A DNA stretch of 64,000 nucleotides from an uncultured Planctomycetaceae bacterium (GTDB taxonomy: Bacteria > Planctomycetota > Planctomycetia > Planctomycetales > Planctomycetaceae). The position numbers were made by a program, and so were the translations under genes. The stretch spans positions 192,001 through 256,000 of the forward strand of contig CAWFGE010000015.1 in the NCBI GenBank assembly GCA_963815195.1, given 5' to 3'. The notes beneath the pieces are model-generated. The model worked only from the letters and a program-made list of their open reading frames with translations, had not been told where the DNA came from and made no database searches. This document shows, in pieces, positions 10,309 through 22,868 of the stretch. The stretch's first letter is position 1, and each line of letters starts with the position of its first letter.

Positions 10309-12796
10309 ATGTTGGTTTGCCGCATGCTGTTTCGATCCGAGCCGAATGGAAGAAATAAGCCGATCCGCCGCGAGTTGGCGGGATGGTTGCTGATCGCCGT
10401 GCTGTTGCCGATGGCGGTCGTTTTTGGTGAAACGCCAATCGTATTGCAGCTTCAGATCTCGCCGAAGTCGGTTCGATTGAACGGCCCCAATGCCGAGTAC
10501 CAATTGCTGGTGGAGGGAGTCTTCGCCAATAACTCCCTCAAAGATCTCACCCACGAGGCGGAATATGAGTCTTCCGCTCCCACTGTTGCGACCGTGACAA
10601 AATCTGGATTGGTGCGGGGCGTCAGCGATGGCACCGCGGCGATCAAGGTTTCCGCGGCGGGGCACGAAGAATCGGTGACGGTGCAGGTTCAGAATACCGA
10701 AACGCCGCGGCCGTTGCATTTTGAGAACGACATCATCCCCATTTTCAGCCGGTTTGGTTGTAATGCCTCGGGCTGCCACGGCAAGGCGGAAGGGCAAAAC
10801 GGTTTTAAGCTGTCGGTGTTCGGATTTGATCCGCCGGCCGACCGCAGAGCCCTCGTGATGGAAGGCCGCGGCCGGCGAGTGTTTCCGCCCGCTCCCGCCC
10901 GAAGTTTGCTGCTGTTAAAAGCCTCCGGCGGAATGCCCCACGGCGGCGGTGTGCGGATCGCCCCCGGGTCGGCCGAGTATCAAAGGCTGTATGATTGGAT
11001 CGCCCAAGGCATGCCCGCCGGGGCCGCGGATGCCCCGCAGGTGATTCGCATCCAGATCACGCCCCGCGAACGTCAATTGGCCATGCAAGGAGAGCAGCAA
11101 CTCCGTGTGATTGCGACGTATTCGAACGGACGCGAAGAAGATGTCACCCGGCTCGCGCGGTTTCAAACCAATCAGGAAGCCATCGCCAACGTTGATGAAC
11201 GGGGCCTCGTCACCGCGGGACAAACGCCGGGCGAGGTGGCGATCATGGCGGCGCATCTGGGGCATGTCGACGTGTTCCGGGCGATCATCTCCCGCCCCGG
11301 GCAGCCGCTGAAACAATCCGCACCGCCCCGGTATAACTTCATCGACGAGTTGGTGGACCGGAAGCTGCAAAAGCTCAACATCCAGCCGTCGGCGCTTTGT
11401 GATGATGCCACGTTCCTGCGGCGGGTGCATTTGGATCTCATCGGCACGCTGCCCACCGCCGATGATGCCCGCAAGTTTCTGAAAGACCAGAGCCCCGACA
11501 AACGCCAGAAGCTCGTGGGGCAGTTGCTCAAACAGCCGGAGTTCGCCGACTATTGGGCGCTCCAATGGGCGGACCTCTTGCGCGTGGATCGGCTCGCGTT
11601 GGGACACAAGGGGGCTTATGAATTCTACAGTTGGATTCGCGATTCCTTCCGCAATAACAAACCTTACGACCAGTTCGTGCGGGAACTCGTCGCGGCAGAG
11701 GGGCCGGTGTCCAAGGCTCCCGCGGGGCATTTTTATAAGGTCGTCACCAAGCCCGGCGAGATGGCAAGCACGATTTCGCAGGTGTTCTTGGGCACGCGGA
11801 TCGAATGTGCCCAATGCCATCATCATCCGTTTGACCGCTGGAGCCAGACCGACTACCACGGCATGGCCGCATTCTTCACGCAGGTGAGTTTCAAAGACAG
11901 CCCGCAAGGGCCGTTGCTGGGAGCCTTCCGCGATCAGCCGACCAAACATCCCCGCAGCGGAGATGTCATCTTCGCCCACGCCTTGGGCACCAAATCGCCC
12001 GAAGCCGCCCCGGAAGGCGACCGCCGGCAGTTGCTCGCGGAATGGATGACCGAAGCCGGAAAATCCCTGGCTGGCCCGCAGTTTGGCGAATCGGCTGTGG
12101 GCGCATTTTTGCGGGCGGGGTTTGGTCGAGCCGGTCGATGATTTCCGCCTCACGAATCCGCCCAGCAATCCGGAACTGTTGGACGCTCTCGCGAAAGAGT
12201 TTGTGGAGCATGACTTCGACATCCGGCATCTGATGCAAACGATCATCGCGTCGCGGACTTATCAGCTCGCCTCGGAACCGAACCCTTCAAACATCGAGGA
12301 CGAGCAAAACTTTTCGCGGGCGCTGTTCAAGCGGATCGACGCCGAGGTGCTCTTGGATGCCGTCTGCCAGACGACAGGCGTGCCGGAAAAATTCGAGGGC
12401 GTGCCCCAGGGTTCGCGGGCCATCCAACTTTGGGACAGCCAGGTCACACACGATTTTCTAAAACTCTTCGGCCGGCCGGTGCGGGCGACGGCCTGCGAAT
12501 GCGAACGTTCCGTGGAACCCAGCGTGGCCCAGGTGCTGCACGTTTTGAACTCCACAAACATTCAAAGCAAACTCTCCCACGCCGGCGGGACCATTGCCGC
12601 GTTATGCAAACGCTCGGCCGATGATGCCGCGCTCGTCGAGGAACTCTACCTCACGTTTTACAACCGCTTCCCGGCCCCGGAAGAACAAACCGCACTCACC
12701 CAATACCTCGCGGAAAAAGCTGGCAACCGCCAGACCGCCGTCGAAGACATCGCCTGGTCGATGATGAACTCCACGGAATTTGTATTTAACCATTAA
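10309..12796 (+). CDS. DUF1549/DUF1553 (PSD1) planctomycete protein with Ig-like Big_2 domains; frameshift ~12055
   Basis: GCNASGCHG, FLRRVHLDLIGTLPT, IECAQCHHHPF, ANRLWAHFCGRGLVEPVDD, C-terminal EFVFNH; start codon uncertain. Confidence 0.9.
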
Positions 12797-12838
12797 AGGC
12801 TGGGTGCTTTGGATGGCACCACTTTGAGGAGACAACCG

Positions 12839-14161
12839 ATGTCCGTTCCCCTGCGTTATTGTGATGGCATTCCACGCCGGGATGTTTTGCGATTGGGTGC
12901 CGCTTCCATTGCGGGCGGGGCATTGACGCTGCCACAACTTTTGGCCGCGAAGACCGTTTCGGCGAAGGACGATGTCTCGCTGATCATCCTGTTCCTCCAA
13001 GGGGGCCTCAGCACCATCGACACCTTGGACATGAAGCCCAATGCCCCGGCGGAGTTTCGCGGCGAGTTCGATCCGATCGACACCAATGTGCCCGGCGTGC
13101 AAATTTGCGAGCATCTGCCCCGGCTGGCGAAAGTGGCCGACAAGTTTTCGCTGGTTCGGAATTTCACGCATGGCAATTCCAGCCACGGGCATGCCGACCA
13201 TTACATGCTCACCGGCTATCATCCGCGGCCCGGATTCAACGGCGGCCTCAAACCCAACAACCAGTACCCGGCGCATGGCTCGGTGATTGCGAAGATGCGG
13301 GGGCCGCGCGGCTCGGTGCCGCCTTACGTGTGTCTGCCGAAGATGCACAACTCCGCGGGGGCGGCGTATTTGGGATCGTCGGCGGCTCCGTTCGTCGTCG
13401 AGTCGGACCCGAATGCTCCGAACTTTGAAGTCCCCGACCTCGCCCCGCCCTTGGAAGTCGATGCCTCCCGCTTGGGAAACCGCAAACAGCTCTTGGCGAC
13501 GGTGGACCGCTATCAAAACTCCGCCGCGATCCAAGCCAACGCGAAAGCCCAAGCCCAGAGTACCTTCCAGGCCAAGGCGTTTGATCTGATTACATCGTCG
13601 GCGACGAAAGCGGCCTTTGACATCAGCCAGGAACCGGACCGGCTCCGCGAGGAATACGGCCGGCATTCGTTGGGACAGTCGTGTTTGATGGCCCGCAGGC
13701 TTGTGGAAGCCGGCGTCCGCTGCATCACCATCGACCACACCAACTGGGATACGCACTACAACAACTTTCATGTTTTAAAGAACGATCTCTTGCCGCATCT
13801 GGATACCGGGCTGACCGCGCTCCTCAAGGATCTCGCTGTGCGGGATCGGCTCAAATCCACGCTCGTTGTGGTGATGGGCGAGTTCGGCCGCACGCCGCGG
13901 GTCAACAAATACGCCGGCCGCGACCACTGGGGGCCGGCGAATTGCATCCTGCTCGCGGGCGGCGGCATCGTGGGCGGCCGGGCGCTGGGTGCCACCAATC
14001 CCCGCGGCGAGAAGCCCGAAGGCGAGTCCGTCGGCCCCGAAGATTTGTCCGCAACCATGTTTCGCTGCCTGGGCATCGACTTCAACCACGAGTTCCACAC
14101 CCCCGAAGGCCGCCCGGTGAAAATCGTCAACAACGGCCAGGTCATCGCGGATCTGTTTTGA
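12839..14161 (+). CDS. DUF1501 domain protein (twin-Arg-like leader)
   Basis: RRDVLRLG, LFLQGGLSTIDTLDMKP, ARRLVEAGVR, WDTH, GEFGRTP, GRDHW. Confidence 0.9.
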   Translation: MSVPLRYCDGIPRRDVLRLGAASIAGGALTLPQLLAAKTVSAKDDVSLIILFLQGGLSTIDTLDMKPNAPAEFRGEFDPIDTNVPGVQICEHLPRLAKVADKFSLVRNFTHGNSSHGHADHYMLTGYHPRPGFNGGLKPNNQYPAHGSVIAKMRGPRGSVPPYVCLPKMHNSAGAAYLGSSAAPFVVESDPNAPNFEVPDLAPPLEVDASRLGNRKQLLATVDRYQNSAAIQANAKAQAQSTFQAKAFDLITSSATKAAFDISQEPDRLREEYGRHSLGQSCLMARRLVEAGVRCITIDHTNWDTHYNNFHVLKNDLLPHLDTGLTALLKDLAVRDRLKSTLVVVMGEFGRTPRVNKYAGRDHWGPANCILLAGGGIVGGRALGATNPRGEKPEGESVGPEDLSATMFRCLGIDFNHEFHTPEGRPVKIVNNGQVIADLF

Positions 14162-14173
14162 GGAAAAGTTACG

Positions 14174-14902
14174 ATGCGGATTCGTTGCTTGATGCTCAAT
14201 GCGGCGATGTGTGTCTTGACCGTCGCTGCTTCGGTCCGAGCCGAAGATGCGCCGCCGATTCGGATTGTGGTCATCGGCGATTCGACCGTGGCGTCTTATG
14301 CCAAGCCGCCGAAAGATCGGCCCGATCTCACGGGTTGGGGCCAGGTCTTCGGCGAGTATTTCGGGCCGAACGTCCAAGTCCTCAACCACGCCAAGTCAGG
14401 CCGAAGTTCCAAAAGCTTTCAGAAAGAAGGCCTCTGGACAAAGGCCCTCGAAGATAAGCCGGATTACGTCTTCATCCAGTTCGGCCACAACGATTGTCCG
14501 GGCAAAGGCGACCGCACCACGGATCCCGCAACCGATTTTCGCGACTACTTGCGGAAGTACATCGAAGATTCCCGCAAGGCGAAGGCCCGGCCGATTCTCG
14601 TCACGCCGATGACCCGGCGGGTTTTTCAAGGCGGAACGATCCACACCATCTTAAGACCCTATGCCGAGGCGATGATTGCCGTCGGCCAGGAGCAAAAAGT
14701 TCCCGTGATCGACCTGCATGCCGCGAGCGTGAAGTTGTTCAATCGGCTGGGCGATGCGGGGAGCGCGGACCTCAGCGCGAGTTCGAGCGACCGCACGCAT
14801 TTTTCGCGAAAAGGCGCGAACGCCATTGCGAAGCTCATCGTCGAGGAACTTCCCGAAGCCGAACCCCGCCTCAAACCTTCTCTCCAAGAGATGTCCAAGT
14901 AA
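14174..14902 (+). CDS. SGNH/GDSL esterase, rhamnogalacturonan acetylesterase-like, secreted
   Basis: Signal peptide; IGDSTV, GWGQ, SGRSS, IQFGHND, DRTH. Confidence 0.9.
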   Translation: MRIRCLMLNAAMCVLTVAASVRAEDAPPIRIVVIGDSTVASYAKPPKDRPDLTGWGQVFGEYFGPNVQVLNHAKSGRSSKSFQKEGLWTKALEDKPDYVFIQFGHNDCPGKGDRTTDPATDFRDYLRKYIEDSRKAKARPILVTPMTRRVFQGGTIHTILRPYAEAMIAVGQEQKVPVIDLHAASVKLFNRLGDAGSADLSASSSDRTHFSRKGANAIAKLIVEELPEAEPRLKPSLQEMSK

Positions 14903-14903
14903 C

Positions 14904-17243
14904 ATGCCGAAGTTTTCCCGTTCCGTGCTGTTTGTGCTGATGGTTTTCGCATCGGGTTTTGCGTTCGCGGATCCGCCGGGGGCGTCTTATATTTTTCCGG
15001 CCGGCGGACAGCGCGGGACCGAAGTGGCCGTGCGAATCGGCGGCTTCAATCTGCATGAGACGGCGAAATTCCTCCTGGACGGCGGCGGGGTGACGGCAAA
15101 CCCTCTGGCCAAGCGCACGGAAACTCTCTGGTTCGAAGGCCCGCTGATTCGCCAGCCGGATTCCCAACGCAAGGAAGACTATCCCAAGGATTATGCGAAC
15201 GTCCTCCGCATCGAAAAAGATGCGGCGCTCGGTGTGCGGACGTGGCATCTGGCGAACTCGCAGGGCGTGACGGCGGGAAAGGAATTCATTGTCGGCGACT
15301 TGCCGGAGATCGTCGAACAGGAGATCGACGGCAATCCGATTCCCACGGCGATCAAACTTCCGGTGACGATCAACGGCCGCATTTTTCCGCGGGAAGACAT
15401 CGACATTTGGACTTGCGATCTCAAAGCCGGTCAGGTGGTGACGTGCGAAGTCAACGCCGCCCGCTTGGGTTCGCCTTTGGATTCGCGATTGGAAATCCGC
15501 GATCCCCAGGGACGAATGATCGCCGAGAACGTCGATGCCCTCGGTCTCGATTCCCGCGTCCGATTTCAAGCTCCGAGTGACGGCACTTACGAAATTCGCA
15601 TCCACGATGTGAACTTCGGTGGCTTGCAGGATTACGTTTACCGTTTGACCGTCACCACCGGCCCCTGGCTCGATGCGGTTTATCCCTTGGGGGGAAAACG
15701 CGGCAGCACGGTCCGACTCCAATACCAGGGCGCCCGTATGCCCGCGGAACCCGTCGCCGTCGATCTTCCCGATGACACAGCCGATGCGATCTTTCATCAC
15801 GCGATCGTTGATGGAAAACCGACGAACGGCGTGTTGTTCGATGTGGACGATCTGCCCGAAGTGTTGGAGCAGGATAACAAAGCCGAAAGCGCCCAAGCCG
15901 TGGAATTGCCCGTGGTGCTCAATGGGCGGATCGAAAAGCCGGGCGAAACGGATGCGTGGTCGTTCTCGGTGAAGAAGGGGGAAGAGTGGACGTTTGAGGT
16001 GAAAGCCTCGCGGTTGGGGTCGCCTTTGGATTCCGTTTTGACGCTACTCGATGCGGACGGAAAACAAATCGCCCAGGCCGACGATCAGCCCAAGGGCCAA
16101 ACCGATGCGCTTTTAAAAATCAAAATCCCCGCCGGCGGTGAGTATGTTCTGAAGATCAACGACCGCTTCGCGTCCCGCGGCGGCTCGCGGTTTGCGTACC
16201 GGATTCGGGCTTCCCGGGAAGAGCAGCCGGGATTTGAGCTTTCGCTGCCCGCGGATGCGTTCACGCTCACCCGCGGGACGGATTTGAAAATCAAACTCGA
16301 CGTAAAGCGGTCGGGCGGTTTGACGGAGCCGATCGAACTCACATTCGACGGTTTGCCCGCGGGCGTGACCGCGACGGGAACGACCATCGCGAAAAACAAA
16401 ACCAATGCGCAGATCGTGCTCAAAGCCGAGGACAAAACGCCCGTGGCGTTGCATCAGATCACGATCACGGGCCGGGCGAAGCTCGGCGAAGAAACCGTCG
16501 AACGCCGGGCGGCGTTTGCGCCCGCGTGGGGGGAACGGCAGGCGGAAGAGTTTCTGCTGGCCGTGGCGATTCCCACGCCCTTCCAGTTCTCGGCGGAGTT
16601 TGAATCGAAATTCTCGCCGCGGGGCAGCATGTACTCCCGGCGGTATCAACTGGATCGCGGCGGATTCGAAGGCCCCATCGAAATTCGCCTCGCCGACGTG
16701 CAGGCCCGGCATCTGCAAGGTGTCACCGCCGAGCCGATCACGCTCGGGCCCAAGGCGACCCGGTTTGAGTTTGCGATTTCGCTGCCGCCCTGGATGGAAG
16801 TCGGCCGCACGAGCCGGACGTGTCTGATGGCGGTTGGAACCGTGACCGATTTCGACGGCACAAAGCACCCGGTGTGCTTTGGCACGACCGAACAGAACGA
16901 GCAGATGATCATTCTAACCGACCCGGAACGCCTGGGCGTGAAACTGCTGCGGTCGTCGCTGCGGATGAAGCCCAACTCGCAAATGGAAATCCCGGTCGAA
17001 GTGCAGCGGGGCGTGGGCTTGTCGGGCGCGGTTCGTGTCGATGTCATCCTGCCCCAGCATTTTCAGGGCGTCGCGTGCGAAACGATCACCGTTCTCGCCG
17101 GGAAGCATACGGGAACGCTGACAATTCAATTCGGCGGCAATCCGGGGCCTTTCAACAAGCCCCTCACCGTCCGCGCCCAGATCGCCGATGAACAGGGCCG
17201 ACCCGTGACCGCGGAATCCGCGCTGGAAATCGTCGCCGACTGA
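14904..17243 (+). CDS. PPC (pre-peptidase C-terminal) domain protein, secreted
   Basis: YIFPAGGQRG; two LPV.INGRI...D and RLGSPLDS repeats. Confidence 0.85.
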   Translation: MPKFSRSVLFVLMVFASGFAFADPPGASYIFPAGGQRGTEVAVRIGGFNLHETAKFLLDGGGVTANPLAKRTETLWFEGPLIRQPDSQRKEDYPKDYANVLRIEKDAALGVRTWHLANSQGVTAGKEFIVGDLPEIVEQEIDGNPIPTAIKLPVTINGRIFPREDIDIWTCDLKAGQVVTCEVNAARLGSPLDSRLEIRDPQGRMIAENVDALGLDSRVRFQAPSDGTYEIRIHDVNFGGLQDYVYRLTVTTGPWLDAVYPLGGKRGSTVRLQYQGARMPAEPVAVDLPDDTADAIFHHAIVDGKPTNGVLFDVDDLPEVLEQDNKAESAQAVELPVVLNGRIEKPGETDAWSFSVKKGEEWTFEVKASRLGSPLDSVLTLLDADGKQIAQADDQPKGQTDALLKIKIPAGGEYVLKINDRFASRGGSRFAYRIRASREEQPGFELSLPADAFTLTRGTDLKIKLDVKRSGGLTEPIELTFDGLPAGVTATGTTIAKNKTNAQIVLKAEDKTPVALHQITITGRAKLGEETVERRAAFAPAWGERQAEEFLLAVAIPTPFQFSAEFESKFSPRGSMYSRRYQLDRGGFEGPIEIRLADVQARHLQGVTAEPITLGPKATRFEFAISLPPWMEVGRTSRTCLMAVGTVTDFDGTKHPVCFGTTEQNEQMIILTDPERLGVKLLRSSLRMKPNSQMEIPVEVQRGVGLSGAVRVDVILPQHFQGVACETITVLAGKHTGTLTIQFGGNPGPFNKPLTVRAQIADEQGRPVTAESALEIVAD

Positions 17244-17367
17244 TGGACGCGTAGGAATTTCCGGGAATATCTGGGGCCTCGTTTGGATCAAAGCAAGAGG
17301 GTTCACCGTCCGCAAAACGCGCGGCTGTTCAATTCTTGCTCTTCCAATGAATGAATGAGGCCAAACC

Positions 17368-18252
17368 ATGCAGAAGTTTCTCTATTGGGGCTGGATCCTG
17401 GTCTTGTTCATCGGCTGCGGCGGCAAAAATGCCGAGTATTTCGCCCAAGGTGAAAAAGCCCCGGCCGCAGCGGAGGCACCCGGCGAGGGGGCGGAACAAC
17501 CGGCCGCGGACGCTCCGCCGCAACAGGTGGATCCGCAGAAGGCCGGCGAGCGGAAGATTATCTACGCAGGCCGGGTTTCGCTCGTTGTCGAAAACTTTGA
17601 AGAGATGGAGACCGCAATTCCCGATCTCGTCAAACAGTACGCCGGCTACCTCGCCGAGGCGGACATCAACCGCACGGAAGGCCGGCAGCGGTCGGGCCGG
17701 TGGGTGGCCCGCATCCCGGCGGAGCGGTTTGCGGATTTTCTGTCGGCGGTCTCCAAGCTGGGCATCGCTGAGGACCAGGAGCAAACCGCCCAGGATGTCA
17801 CGATGGAGTACATGGATCTCGAAGCCCGCATCGCCACGCAGAAACAGCTCGAAGAGCGGATTCTCGAACTGTTGAAGAACCGCGAAGGCAAGCTGAGCGA
17901 TGTCATCGAGGCCGAGCGCGAGCTGGCGCGGGTCCGCAGCGAAATCGAATCGATGGAGGGCCGCCTGCGGTATCTGAAAAACCGCACAGCCTACAGCACG
18001 GTGACGATCAACGTCCGCGAGGAGCAGGACTACATCCCCGCCGCCGCCCCGGACTTCGGCGGCCGCATCGGCAAAGCCTGGCAGGAATCTCTGCGAACGC
18101 TCAAAGAAGCCGGCCAGAACATTGTGATCGCGGTGGTGGCGATTGTTCCGTGGATCATTCCGATCGCCCTTATCCTGTGGGGCATCTTGTGGGGCCTGGC
18201 CTTCACCTGGCGACGGCTCCGCCGCCCGAAACCGTCGGCCGCGGCGAAGTAA
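17368..18252 (+). CDS. DUF4349-domain lipoprotein
   Basis: Lipobox FIGC; RKIIY, QDVTMEYMDLEARI, coiled coil, C-terminal TM. Confidence 0.85.
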   Translation: MQKFLYWGWILVLFIGCGGKNAEYFAQGEKAPAAAEAPGEGAEQPAADAPPQQVDPQKAGERKIIYAGRVSLVVENFEEMETAIPDLVKQYAGYLAEADINRTEGRQRSGRWVARIPAERFADFLSAVSKLGIAEDQEQTAQDVTMEYMDLEARIATQKQLEERILELLKNREGKLSDVIEAERELARVRSEIESMEGRLRYLKNRTAYSTVTINVREEQDYIPAAAPDFGGRIGKAWQESLRTLKEAGQNIVIAVVAIVPWIIPIALILWGILWGLAFTWRRLRRPKPSAAAK

Positions 18253-18273
18253 CATTTGAAGGCGGGACTGCGA

Positions 18274-18593
18274 TCAGGCGTCGAGATCCAAACGAGTGCC
18301 GCGCTGTTTTTGGGGATCGGTGGACCGCGGTGCGGGAGCGGGTTCGCCGGGTAATGGGGCACCGGGCGGTTGTTGTTCTTCCGATTGATAAAACTGCCGG
18401 CCGTCGGCGTCGCGGTCGTCGGATTTCTCGGAACCGTGAAGGCCCGTGGCGTGGGCGTTGGCGCTCTCGACCGTCTTGGCGGCGGCTCCGTCGGCTTTCT
18501 CCGATTTCTGGGCCGAGGAGTTTTTGCCGGACGGCGAGATCCCGGAGAGGGAACTGGGCAGGGACTGCGGACCGAAGCCGGGGTTGATGGAAC

Positions 18594-18597
<4 letters not shown>
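18274..18597 (-). CDS. Hypothetical low-complexity protein
   Basis: Start overlaps the glgX stop (ATGA); DRDADGRQ motif and C-terminal GTRLDLDA. Confidence 0.6.
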
Positions 18598-20921
<2,324 letters not shown>

Positions 20922-21176
20922 CCTGAACTCTCCTGGCGTTTGTGGCCCCCATCGACCGGAAGTTTTCCGCGGATCGTCCCGGCCTCACGGAAAAGGCAAC
21001 GGCTCCGTCAAGGGTGTCGATTAAGAACGCATGTCCAATAACCTCTGGCGGGCGAGTCAGAGGGATTGTAGCGAGTGCCCCCCGCTGCTGCAATTCGGAC
21101 CGAAACCCCGCAGAACCTTAACTGGAAGCGAAATCCCTAAGCCATTGCTGCACAATGTCTTTTGACGCTTCCTAAA

Positions 21177-22730
21177 TCATTTTCCGCCGTTTTGTCGCCG
21201 TTCGCGGATGTCCTCTTTGAGCATGTTGATGCGTTCCTCGGAGAGGTATTTCTCGACGAGGCCCGTGGCGTTTTCACAGATTTCGCGGACCTTCCGCTGG
21301 GTCAGGAGGCTTCGCTGCTGCCGGGCCGCGTCCAAGGCCGGCACCCGGATCGAGGCGATCTGCTCGCGAAATTCCTCGATGGACGGAAGCTCATCGAGCT
21401 TCTGCATTTCCTCGTCGACTTTTTTCCAATCTTTTTGCTCGGCGTATTTTCGCGCACGGATCATGAGGGCGGCCCGGCGGGCCACGGTGTCGATCAGGCG
21501 GGCCTTTACCTGGATGATGTCGCCTTCCACGGCGAGGCGGATGCTGTCGTCGGGCAAATCCAACACGATCTCCGGCACCAACCCCGGCGCGAACGGCACA
21601 AGCGCCAAGAGGGCATTTCCGCTGTGCACCCGCAGCCAGAGAATGTTGTGCTCCGGATCGACGGGGATCTCCAACCGGCCTTCGCGGTCGGTCATGCGTT
21701 TGAAGAGTTCGGAGGACTCCTGTTTCTTTTGATCCTTCGCCTTGTCTTTATCTTTGTCGGCCTCGGGGTATTTCTCCGCGGTCGCAGTGACGTAATGGCC
21801 CGCGAGCTTTTTGCGCGGGTTCTTGCGGAGGATCAGTTGCAAACTCGTGGAGGGAAACCGCACCTTCCGGGCGACCGCAAGGGACTGTACGCGTTTGCTC
21901 ATCTTGGCTCCGAAGGGCGTGCGGATGCCCGTCACCAGGGACGCTTCGACCCGACCGCGGGCGATGCTTTCGACCACCAGATAGGTCCAGGGCAGAAACT
22001 GCACTTCCCGCACGGTGCCGTTCTTGTTGTGGTAGCGGAAAAACGCGATCAAGATCGTGCCCGGCCGGATCTGCACGCGCAGGTCTTCCGCGCTCGGATC
22101 CCGCGCGACGTTCCCCGGCACAAATCCGCCGGCCCGGAGTCGCAGAGACACGATTCTTCGCGCCACGTCGGCATTCTCGACCTCCAAGAGCGGATGGAAC
22201 AACTCGGAGAGCAGCCGAAACAACCGCTCGGGGACGGCCCGGCGTTCCAAGGTCTCCTCTTCGGAAATCGCGCTCAATTCCTGCGTGAGGTCGTCCCATT
22301 CCCGGCCGGCCAGCAAATATTTCGAGCCCGAACGATCGACCGTGAGGAAAAACTGCTTGTCGAACTCCGGCGGCGGAGCCTCCTCATCTTCGGCCAGCGC
22401 TGGCGGAGCGAAATCTTCCGCTTGGAGACGCTCCAAACCCAACGGCTCGGCCGGCCGGACTTCGGCGGTTTCCTCCACAACGTACTTCCATTGCCCGCCC
22501 GTGGTGCGTTCGATCGCCGATGACAATTGGTCGAGCACCTGCCGTCGGAACGGCGAGGTCAATAAGGGATCCGACCCAAACGCCACCGCCACCCGCACGC
22601 GGTAAGGCTTTAGTTCATAGGGTGTCTCTTCCACCTTCTTCGCGGGCGTTTGAGCGCGGGCAGTTCCGGCCAGACAGAAAACCATCCAAACAAACACAAG
22701 GGCACGAAGGGATATCGAAAACGGATTCAT
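21177..22730 (-). CDS. Secreted hypothetical protein, last gene of the ExbBD operon
   Basis: Long ORF; signal peptide ending ARAQ; helical C-terminus. Confidence 0.75.
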   Translation of the reverse strand: MNPFSISLRALVFVWMVFCLAGTARAQTPAKKVEETPYELKPYRVRVAVAFGSDPLLTSPFRRQVLDQLSSAIERTTGGQWKYVVEETAEVRPAEPLGLERLQAEDFAPPALAEDEEAPPPEFDKQFFLTVDRSGSKYLLAGREWDDLTQELSAISEEETLERRAVPERLFRLLSELFHPLLEVENADVARRIVSLRLRAGGFVPGNVARDPSAEDLRVQIRPGTILIAFFRYHNKNGTVREVQFLPWTYLVVESIARGRVEASLVTGIRTPFGAKMSKRVQSLAVARKVRFPSTSLQLILRKNPRKKLAGHYVTATAEKYPEADKDKDKAKDQKKQESSELFKRMTDREGRLEIPVDPEHNILWLRVHSGNALLALVPFAPGLVPEIVLDLPDDSIRLAVEGDIIQVKARLIDTVARRAALMIRARKYAEQKDWKKVDEEMQKLDELPSIEEFREQIASIRVPALDAARQQRSLLTQRKVREICENATGLVEKYLSEERINMLKEDIRERRQNGGK

Positions 22731-22800
22731 TAAACCACAAAGACACGAAGAGGGTGAAAGAATAAAATGATGGTTCACAGAGGCTCAAGTTGCGTTTTTG

Positions 22801-22864
22801 TGAGCGGCTGGGCGCTAGCCGCCGGCTCTTCACGCAAAACCGGCGGCTAGCGCCCAGCCGCTCA
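22801..22864. repeat. REP-like palindrome, family A
   Basis: tgagcggctgggcgctagccgccgg...ccggcggctagcgcccagccgctca. Confidence 0.8.
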
Positions 22865-22868
22865 GACG

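Noticed and set aside
21055..21160. Cobalamin-riboswitch-like words (gccccccgctgctgcaa, aagccattg)
   Set aside because: Other core elements are missing and no gene lies downstream on that strand.
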